From an uncultured Candidatus Saccharibacteria bacterium (GTDB lineage: Bacteria; Patescibacteriota; Minisyncoccia; UBA6257; JAKLIH01): a DNA stretch of 64,000 bases. Both the position numbers and the translations under genes were made by a program. Position 1 is the first letter of the stretch; every line of letters starts with the position of its first letter. Where the stretch lies: positions 11,679-75,678 of the forward strand of contig CAYYXO010000002.1 of assembly GCA_964475745.1 (NCBI GenBank), read 5' to 3'. Positions 27,179 to 37,862 of the stretch are shown one piece after another. The notes beneath the pieces were generated by a model. That model did no database searches. It worked only from the letters and a program-made list of their open reading frames with translations, and had not been told where the DNA came from.

Positions 27179-28270
27179 ATGATGGTTTATTTAGTTAAGA
27201 ATTGAAAAATATTTGTAAGTGTTTTTTTGTTGACAACATTAAGTTTGCTTATTTTAGCAAGTTTAAGCATGAATCCAGTTGATAATTTAGATGCCTTTTA
27301 TAGGCAGCTAGTTTTTTTTGTGATAGCAACAGTTTTTCTAATATTTTTTGCAAAATTTGATTATAATTTGCTTAAAAATCATTCTTTTTTTATCCTAGGA
27401 AATTATTTTTTATGAAATTTTTCTTTGATATTGTTGTTAGTTTTATCTCCAGTTACAAGAGGTACTAATCGTTGGTTTGATCTAGGTTTTTTCAGTTTAC
27501 AGCCAGTTGAGTTTGTAAAATTAGCTTTGATTTTAGTACTAGTGAAGTTTTTATATCGACGCAATTTAGAAATTTGAAATTTAAAAAATATTATAATCAG
27601 TGGAATATTTTTAGGCATACCTTCGGTTTTGGTTTTGCTGCAACCAGACTTGGGCCCAGTAGTGGCAATGTTTTTAATTTGATTAATTTTACTTTTGGTT
27701 TGTGGGCTGAGGTTCAAGCATTTATTAATTATGATAGTGTCGGTTTCGTTGGTGGCTATAGTTGGTTTTAATTTTATACTTCACGATTATCAAAAAAATC
27801 GTTTAATTTCTTTTTTAAATCCAAACTTAGATCCCATGGGCTTAAATTATAATCAACTTCAGTCAATGATAACCATAGGGAGTGGTCGTTTTTGAGGCAA
27901 AGGTTTGGGTTGAGGAACTCAAACTCAATTACAATATTTGCCAGAAACAAAAACAGATTTTATTTTTGCTGCCATTTCAGAAGAACTGGGGTTTTTAGGT
28001 GGCACCATTATTTTAGGAAGTTTTTTGTTAATGTTTAGTTATTTTGCAGATGCTTTAACTATAGCAAAAAATAATTTTAGCAAGCTTATTATCATTGGTT
28101 TTGGAGTGAAAATATTTTTAGAAACAGTTATAAATATAGGCGTAAATGTTGGGTTTTTGCCTGTTGTGGGCACAGCATTGCCTTTTATAAGTGCTGGAGG
28201 ATCTCATTTAATTGTAGATTTTATTATGGTCGGTATAATTTTAAATATTGTTAATGGACGTAATTACTAA
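27179..28270 (+). CDS. SEDS-family peptidoglycan glycosyltransferase (RodA/FtsW-like; about 363 aa, 5 in-frame TGA)
   Basis: GSGRF-TGA-GKGLG-TGA-GTQTQLQYLPETKTDFIFAAISEELGFLGG is the SEDS signature. The ORF-track segments 27227, 27695 and 27938 are in one frame with the ATG at 27179. Confidence 0.8.
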
Positions 28271-28272
28271 TT

Positions 28273-29274
28273 ATGAAAAAAATAATTTTTGCTTTTGGTT
28301 TGCTTTTTGTTTTTAGTTTCGTTTATTTAAGTATTAATAAAAAAACTACTTTAGAAGAAAAGTATTTCATTGTTGAACCTAGGCAATCTTTTTTATCAAT
28401 AATTGATGATTTGCATAGCGAAGGAATAATTAAAAATAGATATTTTTTCAAAGTTTTTGTTTTTTTGAGAGGAAGTCATAGGGATTTTAAACCAGGCGAA
28501 TATTATTTTAATGGCAGTTATTCAATGAAAAATATTTTAGAAGAGCTAAAAAACAACAAAGGTATATCAGTAACCATAGTTGAAGGCTATAATATTTATC
28601 AAATAGAAAAATTGCTTTTAAAAAATGAAATACTTTCATCAAAAGGAGAGCTAGTAGATTTTCTAGTCAAAGATGTGGATCTGAAAAAATATCCTTTTTT
28701 AAGATATGTTCCACCAGAAAATAATCTAGAAGGATTTCTATATCCTAATACCTATTATTTTTTAAAAAATACTAGCATAGAAAGAGTGGTAGAAAACTTT
28801 TTAGATCATTTTAATGAAAATATTTATATATTAGTTAAAGATAAAATAGCTTTAGACGAGTTTTATTATAAGCTTATAAAGGCTTCTTTCTTGGAAAAAG
28901 AAATATATCATAAAGAAGATATGCCTTTAGCATTAAGCGTAATAAATAACCGTCTTGATATTGGTATGAGGTTGCAAATAGATGCTACTTTATGTTACCC
29001 AAAATTTATGTTACAATATGAAAAAGACCAGGTTTTAAGATGCAATCAGGTTTTAGCAAGCGATAAGCAGATGACATCAGAATATAACACTTATAGATAC
29101 GCTGGCTTAACCAGAACGCCAATATCAAATGTTAATTTTGAAACCTTTAAAACTGTTTTAGAAGAAATTACTTCAGATTATTTCTATTATATAACAACTC
29201 CTCAAGAAAAAGATACTGTTTTTGGTAAAACATTAGAAGAGCATAATCGCAATATACAAAAATATTTAAGATAA
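28273..29274 (+). CDS. mltG: endolytic murein transglycosylase MltG (YceG-like)
   Basis: N-terminal TM segment and a YceG domain with GYNIYQIEKLL and PENNLEGFLYPNTYYF, matching LEGYLFPDTY. Confidence 0.75.
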   Translation: MKKIIFAFGLLFVFSFVYLSINKKTTLEEKYFIVEPRQSFLSIIDDLHSEGIIKNRYFFKVFVFLRGSHRDFKPGEYYFNGSYSMKNILEELKNNKGISVTIVEGYNIYQIEKLLLKNEILSSKGELVDFLVKDVDLKKYPFLRYVPPENNLEGFLYPNTYYFLKNTSIERVVENFLDHFNENIYILVKDKIALDEFYYKLIKASFLEKEIYHKEDMPLALSVINNRLDIGMRLQIDATLCYPKFMLQYEKDQVLRCNQVLASDKQMTSEYNTYRYAGLTRTPISNVNFETFKTVLEEITSDYFYYITTPQEKDTVFGKTLEEHNRNIQKYLR

Positions 29275-29289
29275 TTTTATAAAATAATA

Positions 29290-29913
29290 ATGGAAAACAA
29301 AAACTTTATAATTTCAAAAATGAGTAATTTCCTAAGCAAACTACCAAGCATTGGCCCTAGGCAAGCGAAGCGTTTAGCTTACTACATAGCCAGATTAGGA
29401 GCTAATAATGTAGAAGAAATTGCCAAGCTATTTTGAGATATAGCAAACAATGTTGATGTTTGCGAAGATTGTTTTTCTGTTTTTGAAAGAGAATTCAAAG
29501 ATCAGAAAAAGTGCGCTATTTGCTTAAGCACATTAAGAAAAAAGAAATTTATTTGTGTTGTTGAAAAAGACACCGATCTCATTTCTGTTGAAAAAACAGG
29601 GAAGTATAAAGGAGTTTATTTTGTTTTAGGTGGGCTGTTAAATTCTTTTGAAACAAATATTGATGACAAAGTAAAAATTAAAGAATTAGTTGAGAAGATA
29701 AAACATTCATTAGAAAATAAAGAGCCAATTGAAGAAATTGTTTTGGCTTTAAATCTAACAGCAGAAGGTTGCTTGACTGCAGGAGAAATCAAAAAGCAAC
29801 TGCAACCCTATAATATTAAAATTACTCAGTTGGGAGTTGGTTTGCCTATTGGCAGCGAGGTTGAGTTTGCTGATACCGAAACATTGATAGAATCCTTTAA
29901 GAATAGGGGGTAA
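29290..29913 (+). CDS. recR: recombination protein RecR (about 207 aa, 1 in-frame TGA)
   Basis: HhH segment LPSIGPRQAKRLAYYIA, a C4 zinc finger (CEDC...CAIC) and a Toprim segment (ICVVEKDTD). Confidence 0.85.
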
Positions 29914-29976
29914 AGTTATGTTTTTTAAAGGGCCAAATAGCCCAGTATTTAGGGGAAAAAGTGTTAATAATAGCTA

Positions 29977-30005
29977 TTGACAAACGTGATTATTTTTGAT
30001 AATAT
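29977..30005 (+). promoter_or_regulatory. putative 16S rRNA promoter TTGACA, 17 nt, TGaTAATAT
   Basis: Read directly from the sequence, about 150 nt upstream of the 16S 5' end. It implies 16S is transcribed independently of 23S-5S. Confidence 0.5.
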
Positions 30006-30152
30006 ATAAAAGCAATACTTCAGTAGGAAGTGTTCTTTTAAACTTGAAAATTTAGATATACCACAACTAACAAATTCAAAGTTTTTTAGTTGCTCTAAAG
30101 GTTTATTTTTTTTGAATAAATTTTGTATATTTTATATACAGTTGTTTTTTTT

Positions 30153-31672
<1,520 letters not shown>

Positions 31673-31799
31673 TTTTAGGAATCTTTGTTTAATTTGATTC
31701 GTCAAATTAAACTATTCCAAGGTCGTCCCGAATATTTTTTAAATATTTTGGAACTTGTTAAACTAAACCTGCTGGAGCAACTAAAAAGTTTTGAATCAA

Positions 31800-31837
31800 A
31801 AAAGGATACTATTTATTTAGTGTCCTTTTTTGTTTTA
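31800..31837 (+). terminator. rho-independent terminator downstream of 16S
   Basis: Hairpin aaggatact-atttattt-agtgtcctt followed by TTTT. Confidence 0.55.
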
Positions 31838-31949
31838 GAAACGGTGTGTTGGCTTGCAAAATGACATCTTTTGTGGTAGAGTATCTATGTTTGAAATTTG
31901 CTGTTTAAAAGATGAAAAGGCCGGCGGGCATACGCAGGAGGAAATTTTT

Positions 31950-32426
31950 ATGAGTATTATTGATGATAGTTTGGTTCAGGAAGCGTTAGATTTATCTGGT
32001 CCGACAATTGAAACCATACTGAAAAACCCCAAGTCAACTTGGGGGCCAAAGTATGTCGAAGTTTTTATTATTGAGCGAGACGATGTTAGCGCATATACTG
32101 CCGTTATAGGAGAGAAAGAACCCTGGGATCCTTCCTGGGGAGAAGAGCTCGACTATGATTTTTTGTTTGTAGCAGAACAAAAGGCCAATGCTTCTCTTAG
32201 AGAAAAGGCGGACACGTCTTTTCTAATTGAGCAATCCCCATGGTTGCTTGAAGAAGGAGAATTTTTGTATCCCGGAGGCGTCTATTACGGCGGGGTTGCC
32301 GTTGGTGTTTCTGGAGCAAAAGGTATTGTCGATGAAGGAATAGCAAAAATCCTGATCAGTGCTATTGTTATGCTCGCAAAGCAGAAAACGCAAGAAAAGA
32401 TAAGAAATGATGATTACCAAGTGTAA
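31950..32426 (+). CDS. GlcG/DUF336 (heme-binding-like) family protein (about 158 aa), foreign-looking
   Basis: PGGVYYGGVAVGVSGAKGIVDEGIA matches the DUF336 GG..GAIGVSG...D..A signature. A canonical SD (CAGGAGGAAA) lies 7 nt before the ATG. All four Trp codons are TGG, it contains no TGA, and it is locally GC-richer. Confidence 0.55.
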   Translation: MSIIDDSLVQEALDLSGPTIETILKNPKSTWGPKYVEVFIIERDDVSAYTAVIGEKEPWDPSWGEELDYDFLFVAEQKANASLREKADTSFLIEQSPWLLEEGEFLYPGGVYYGGVAVGVSGAKGIVDEGIAKILISAIVMLAKQKTQEKIRNDDYQV

Positions 32427-32438
32427 CATCGAAAAAGC

Positions 32439-32475
32439 AAAAGGAACTTGGCGCGACGCCAAGTTCCTTTTTTGA
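32439..32475 (+). terminator. rho-independent terminator
   Basis: Hairpin aaaaggaacttggcg-cgac-gccaagttcctttttt. Confidence 0.65.
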
Positions 32476-32574
32476 TTTTGCAGCATATGTGCCAATATCG
32501 CCACCAGATATGGACAAAATAAGATTTTTATGATATAATATAAATAGAAAAATAGATTGAATTAGGAGGTAAAA

Positions 32575-32997
32575 ATGTATGAACTTTTTGAAAAATTATT
32601 AGAGGCCACCAAAAAGGGTCTTGTAAAATGGAAAAAAGTTGGAGAAAAAGTCGTTGTTCCAGGTTATACAGAAGGGTTTCAGCAATATGAAGCTATCATA
32701 GAAGAAAAACGAATAAAAACTTTTGTTCAGCTTAAGGCCGTTGTTAAAAAAAAGGGGTTATTTAATAAAAGAAGCGTCGAAGAGGCTAGTTGGGTGTTTG
32801 GTGTTTTTCTCAATGATTTTGCTCTTATAACCTCAAACGAAGAGGCTTTGAGGAGCGATATTATGGTAACGAGCTCCTTTCATGAGCTCAAAATGGTAGA
32901 TTTCTTTTATTCGCTAGAGGAGGCAGTTCGAGAAAAAGATCTACTCGAGTCCATTGACGCAGATCTTACTGAATTATTGTCCTTGTCGATTAAGTAA
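32575..32997 (+). CDS. hypothetical protein (140 aa), foreign-looking
   Basis: A perfect SD (TAGGAGGT) lies 8 nt upstream and an extended -10 (TGATATAAT) further upstream. It contains no TGA, and Trp is TGG. Confidence 0.4.
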   Translation: MYELFEKLLEATKKGLVKWKKVGEKVVVPGYTEGFQQYEAIIEEKRIKTFVQLKAVVKKKGLFNKRSVEEASWVFGVFLNDFALITSNEEALRSDIMVTSSFHELKMVDFFYSLEEAVREKDLLESIDADLTELLSLSIK

Positions 32998-33024
32998 ATA
33001 ATCACAAAAACCCTACAACGAAGC

Positions 33025-33062
33025 GTAGGTAGCTCAATTAATCTTAATTGGGCTTTTTTATT
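33025..33062 (+). terminator. rho-independent terminator
   Basis: Hairpin agctcaattaa-tc-ttaattgggct followed by TTTTT. Confidence 0.5.
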
Positions 33063-33246
33063 TCCCTTTTTTGATTTAGAACTTGTTTTTTGTTTTAAAA
33101 TTTAGTATATTTTATTCAAAAGAAAGTTTCGATAAAAGCTTAAGCGATGGCGGCAGTAGTAGCGGAAAATAATAAAATCAAAGTTGTTTTGAAAAAGGAG
33201 GGGCAATTGCATGTCCCTCTATTAAATCAAAATAAAATTTATAATC

Positions 33247-34446
33247 ATGAAGTGGAAAATTATAAAAAATGATAATCCATATAAAGAATATTCTGATTTT
33301 GAATATTTGTGGGTTGATATTTTTTTAAGTAAAGGCTTATTATATAGACAAGATTTAGTTAAAATTTTAAAGCATTTTGACATAAATTTTGTTGAAAAAA
33401 ATTGAGAAGAAAATATTTCTTTAGGAGAAATGGGCACGGTGCTGCATGGAGATGTTAAAAAAGATGTGTTGTTGCCGTTTCTACAAAATTATATACATCA
33501 AAATTACCCAAAGATATTTGGCTTTGAAGAGGCAAGTAAAATATATAATGCTTTGATAAAAATAGACAGTCAGTTAAATATTATAAAACTTTGGTTTGCT
33601 TTTGAATGCGATAAATACGATAAAAATTTAAAAAGTTTTTTGGAAGAAAAACTCCTTGACTTGACAAAGGGAGCTAGAGTTAAAGATAATGCTGAAATTG
33701 GGTTAAGCGAAGAAAAAGATAATTATTGTCAATGATGTGTGGTTGATATATTAACTCAAATGTATAGATTATCTTTTATAAACGAAGACATCAAAAAAAA
33801 TTATTTTGAAGAAAATTATGATGAATTTCGTTATCAATGATTGATAATTATTTTATGCAGAGAATTATTGCCAAGAAAAGATATGTTGGCATTTTTAAAG
33901 CATTATGACATGCGGTTTTTTGGAATAAATTGAAAAAATAGAATTAAATTAGAAGAAATGGGTTGGGTAATTTTGCATGATGTTGAAGAAGATGATCTTT
34001 TTGATTTTTTGTCAAATTATTTAAAAGAAAAATATCCAAAACTTTTTTCTTTTGAGGAAGCATGTAAAATTTTTGACGCATTGTTTTATTTAAAAAATGA
34101 AATTCAAATTATGGAAGTGTGGTTAAATATGGCTGATGAATCTCCGTATGTTTCTTACATGAGAGAGCAACTCGATTATTTAAAAGAGCAAAGAGAAGGG
34201 GGGGTTTTTGACGAATCGCCAAGCATGGAAGAAAAAAGAAAAGAAACAGGTCTTTTTAGAAGAACAGCGCAAGATGTTATTTTGGCTTTGTATGAATTAG
34301 CCATGAAAAACTATTTTAAAAAGAAACAAAAGGCAAGTCCTAGTCATCTTTATGGCAATGAAAGCTCTAAAGGCCATGATGACTCGGCAGCGGTTAAATG
34401 CATGCAAGAATATCTATCAAGAAAAAAAGCTGAAAATGACTTTTAA
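33247..34446 (+). CDS. hypothetical protein with an internal tandem duplication of a roughly 130-aa domain (about 399 aa, 6 in-frame TGA)
   Basis: One frame runs from the ATG at 33247 through ORF segments 33430 and 33958. Unit 1 reads ...EEMGTVLHGDVKKDVLLPFLQNYIHQNYPKIFGFEEASKIYNALIKIDSQLNIIKLWF... Unit 2 reads ...EEMGWVILHDVEEDDLFDFLSNYLKEKYPKLFSFEEACKIFDALFYLKNEIQIMEVWL... The units are clearly homologous. A basic, Ser-rich C-terminal tail follows. Confidence 0.5.
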
Positions 34447-34606
34447 TGCTCAGTATGATTATTTATTGATAAAGTAAATATTCACAGAGTAAACAATCGA
34501 CAAGCAAATGACTTTTTCTAAATTAACCCTGTAAATAATAGCTTTTTTGGAGGGGGTTGATTTTTAAACTTATTTTGACTATACTTTATTTAGTTAAAAA
34601 AGAAGT

Positions 34607-35317
34607 ATGGCAACAACAAAAAGGTATTTTTACTCAAATGAGTTTTATCATATTATTTTAAGAGGTATTGATGGAAAAACTTTGTTTTTAAACGACCAAG
34701 ACTATTTTAGAATGATCAATGGCATGTTTGTTTTTAATGATAAAGGGTTAATAGGTTCTTCTTTTCGACACAAAGGATGTCCAAATGATAGATTTGAAAG
34801 AAAAAGAAAAGGGCCTTTGGTAAATATACATGCTTTTTGCTTAATGCCAAATCACATTCATTTTTTGTTGGAACAAAAGGTTGAAGGGGGTCTGTCAAAA
34901 TTTATGTTAAAAATAGGAGCCGGCTATGCGGCTTTTTTTAATAATAAATATAAAAGAAAAGGCCATTTGTTTCAAAGCAGATTTAAGTCGGTTTTAATAA
35001 AAGATGATGATCAGTTGGCAGTAATTTTTTCTTATATCCATACAAATCCGGTTTCTATAATAGAACCTAATTGAAAGGAAAAGGGTATAAAAGATTTTAA
35101 AAAAGTTAGAAATTTTATTGAAACCTATAGGTGATCAAGTTATGCTGATTATTTAGGTAACAAAAATTTTCCAAATTTAACAAAAAGAAATTTTATGCTT
35201 CAAGATCAAAATCAACGCGCTTGAAGAAATTTCGTAGAAGACTGGCTAAAGTATAAGGCAGAGTTGTTTGAGCGTTTTTTTAAAGACAAAGGCAAAGATA
35301 GTTATTTATTGGAGTAA
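34607..35317 (+). CDS. IS200/IS605-family Y1 (HuH) transposase-like protein, RAYT/COG1943-like (about 236 aa, 3 in-frame TGA)
   Basis: HuH motif LMPNHIHFLL, the catalytic-Tyr region FSYIHTNPV, and C-terminal YR-TGA-SSYADY matching the WSSY box. It uses TGA for Trp, so it is host-adapted. No tnpB is adjacent. Confidence 0.7.
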
Positions 35318-35346
35318 AAATCTGAAAAAATTAAAAGCTAAAGAAA

Positions 35347-35375
35347 GAAAGGACGACCCCAGGGGTCGTCCTTTT
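35347..35375 (+). terminator. rho-independent terminator after the transposase-like gene
   Basis: Hairpin aggacgacccc-a-ggggtcgtcct followed by TTTTT. Confidence 0.65.
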
Positions 35376-35539
35376 TGAAAAAAGCAGCACTGTTTTGTCC
35401 ATTATAGCACTGGCGATGCTCATTGGGTGATTTTTCCAAAAAAGCTTCGCCTCTTTGTAAAGTTCACTATCGGTTATATCCATTTCGTCATCTTTTTTAA
35501 TGTTCTTTCGATAAAGTTGATTATATTATAGCCTTTTTT

Positions 35540-35790
35540 ATTAAATATGTCAACACCATGCTTAGCGAGTTAAATTTCAAAGCCCATCATGGTGTTGGCC
35601 ATCATTTCAGCTTAATCAATTACAACGTAGCAAGGCAACGTTGTATATTCTCCTTTGATTAATCAGGCCTAACGCTACCTGGTAACGGAGGGAGGGAGTG
35701 GTTTGTGGGGATATTTGGTGGTTGTTTTATATTACGTAGCGGGAGGGGATCTTGGTGTTATTTTAAATTATGCAATGCGAGTGGTTGTAT
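35540..35790. other. GC-richer structured non-coding element with inverted repeats and G-tracts
   Basis: Inverted repeats caacaccatg...catggtgttg (35551..35596) and tacaacgt...acgttgta (about 35618..35645). A G-tract cluster follows: GGAGGGAGGGAGTGG..GTGGGG...GCGGGAGGGG (35690..35745). It contains no ORF. Confidence 0.35.
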
Positions 35791-35841
35791 AAATGATATA
35801 AATATGCTAAAATTGATTTAAATAGCTTAATTGTATTATTT

Positions 35842-36783
35842 ATGAATGATATATCAAAAAAAAAGGAAGAGTTTCTTTTAAAAATTATGAGTTCAACAAA
35901 CGCTGATAAATTTAAAAGATATTTAGGAAGCCCATTGCGATATGCAGGAGGTAAAACATTGGCTGTCGGGTATATTGTAAAATTGTTGCCTAATAAAATA
36001 GATAGAGTTGTTTCGCCTTTTTTAGGGGGGGCTTCAGTTGAAATTGCCTTGGCAAAAGAGCTGGGACTTGAAGTTATCGGGTATGACATTTTTGACCTAC
36101 TGATAAATTATTGGAAGAACCAAATTAATAATCCTGAGCAGCTGTATCAGAATTTAAGAATATTGGCAAACACAAAAAATAAATATCAAGAGGTAAAAAA
36201 TATTTTAAAAAATATATGAAATAAAAATGATGGCCTGTTGAAAAATGATTTTTCTAGTTTAGAATTGGCAACTTATTATTATTTTAATCATAACTTAAGC
36301 TATGGACCTGGATTTTTGGGATGGATGTCGTCAAATTATTTAGATAATAAAAAATATGATTCAATGTTGAAAAAAGTTAAGAATTTTAAGGTTTGTAATT
36401 TTCATGTTCGTACATCAAGTTTTGAAGAAGCAATCCCGATGCATAAAAAAGATTTTTTATATTTGGACCCGCCTTATTATTTAGACGGAGACAGTAAAAT
36501 GTTTAAAGGGATATATCCAATGAGAAATTTTCCAATACATCACAATGGCTTCAACCACGAATTATTATTTAATTTGTTAAAAAATCATGATGGCGGTTTT
36601 ATTTTGTCATATAATGATTGCGAATGGGTAAGAAAAAAATATAAAAATTTTAAAATTATAGATATTGAATGGCAATATACAATGGGACAAGGGGAGACAA
36701 GAATAGGTAAAAACAGATTGTCAAGAAATTATGACAATAACAATGTAAAAAAATCTCATGAATTATTAATTATAAATTATTAA
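35842..36783 (+). CDS. Dam-family (D12-class) N6-adenine DNA methyltransferase (about 313 aa, 1 in-frame TGA)
   Basis: N-terminal SAM motif LRYAGGKTL (a Dam motif I-like FxGxG/YAGGK) and the catalytic motif IV LYLDPPYY (DPPY). The 35842 and 36238 segments are in one frame across the TGA at 36217. Confidence 0.8.
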
Positions 36784-36798
36784 ATATAAAATAGCGAT

Positions 36799-37398
36799 AT
36801 GTTAATTAAAAAAGTAAAAACAGCTTTTAAAATAGCAGACGTTGAGCTTGTAAAGAATACAACAAAATTAAAATTTAATTATTTGTCCACCATAAAAGAT
36901 GAAAATAATAAAATTTTACCAAAGGACATTCTTACTAAAAATTACGCAAGAGTTTATCTAATTGTTGTTGACGGAGAGATAAAAAAAATAGGGGCGTCGC
37001 AAGATAAGGGGGGAATGAAGGGGACGTTGAGTATTTATAAAGATGGTGGCGTAAAAGGAAGGCCAAGCATAAGAAGTTTCGGCATCTGGTATTTTTTGTA
37101 TCGTACTGCGATGCAAGGTAAAAAAATTGAGTTTTATATGATATATCATGACAATTTCAATTTTGAGATTAAGGGTTTGTTACAAACATATCAAACAACA
37201 TTAGCGAGCATAAGCTGTAAGCTTATTGAATATTATTGTGTTAAAGATTATTTGTCGATGGAAAACAATCATTATCCAGACTGGAATGTTCAAGAACAAG
37301 CAATGGATTGGCCAGAAGAGGTTAAAAGAGAACATTCTAGAATAACAGCAGGTAGTTTAAATAATAAATCTAAGAGAAAAAAAATGAAAATGGCATAA
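36799..37398 (+). CDS. hypothetical protein, possible PD-(D/E)xK nuclease partner of the MTase (199 aa)
   Basis: It lies directly downstream of the Dam-family MTase. LPKD-(15 aa)-VVDGEIKK fits a PD...(D/E)xK spacing. No other family was recognised. Confidence 0.35.
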   Translation: MLIKKVKTAFKIADVELVKNTTKLKFNYLSTIKDENNKILPKDILTKNYARVYLIVVDGEIKKIGASQDKGGMKGTLSIYKDGGVKGRPSIRSFGIWYFLYRTAMQGKKIEFYMIYHDNFNFEIKGLLQTYQTTLASISCKLIEYYCVKDYLSMENNHYPDWNVQEQAMDWPEEVKREHSRITAGSLNNKSKRKKMKMA

Positions 37399-37412
37399 CA
37401 ATAAATGATTTA

Positions 37413-37754
37413 ATGCCGTTTCTTAAAAGCGACCAAAATCCAAATGGATCTATAATTAGTTTGTCGGATTTGTATCTGTCTATTTGTTATGGCATGAGAT
37501 ATGAACCAGCAAGTGGTTATTGACTTTCTAACGCTGATTTTTATAGTTTTACCCCTGATACAGATAAAATAGGCAGTCAAATAAGGTATTATCTTCAAGT
37601 TCCAGATATTGAAGAAATTATGGAACCAATAGAGCCTGAAGATGAAGGCAATGAAGAGGAGGAGGAAGGGGATGGCGAAGAAGGGGATTTTGAGGAAGAA
37701 TTGTTGTACGAAGAAGGTGGCCTTGAGGAAGAAGAAAATGAAGAGACTGAATAA
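37413..37754 (+). CDS. small protein with an extremely acidic C-terminal tail (about 113 aa, 1 in-frame TGA)
   Basis: MPFLKSDQNPNGS...GYWLSNADFYSF...IEPEDEGNEEEEEGDGEEGDFEEELLYEEGGLEEEENEETE. About 35 of the last 45 residues are D or E. It is not in the ORF track because of its internal TGA. Confidence 0.4.
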
Positions 37755-37778
37755 AATAGTAAAAAAGATGAATTGTGA

Positions 37779-37812
37779 AAAACACTGGCTTTAAAAGCCA
37801 GTGTTTTTTTGT
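37779..37812 (+). terminator. rho-independent terminator
   Basis: Hairpin aaacactggctt-taaa-agccagtgttt followed by TTTTT. Confidence 0.65.
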
Positions 37813-37862
37813 TTTCTTTGAAATTATGCTATAATAGGAGCATATAAAGTTAATATTACATT

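Noticed and set aside
31854-31949. ORF-track start at 31854 for the GlcG-like gene
   Set aside because: A canonical SD (CAGGAGGAAA) sits 7 nt before the ATG at 31950 and the DUF336 domain begins there. The upstream 32 codons are probably untranslated.
33209-33223. ATG at 33209 behind an AAAAGGAGGGG SD as the start of the duplicated-domain gene
   Set aside because: That frame hits TAA after 4 codons. The long frame instead begins after a TAA at about 33226 with its first ATG at 33247, so the SD-like string may be coincidental or may serve a reinitiation role.
35331-35483. 50-aa minus-strand ORF (MDITDSELYKEAKLFWKNHP...) between the transposase and the MTase
   Set aside because: It runs through the transposase terminator hairpin, is short, and has no start signal or homology. 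It is more likely non-coding. I kept it as part of the structured intergenic element instead.
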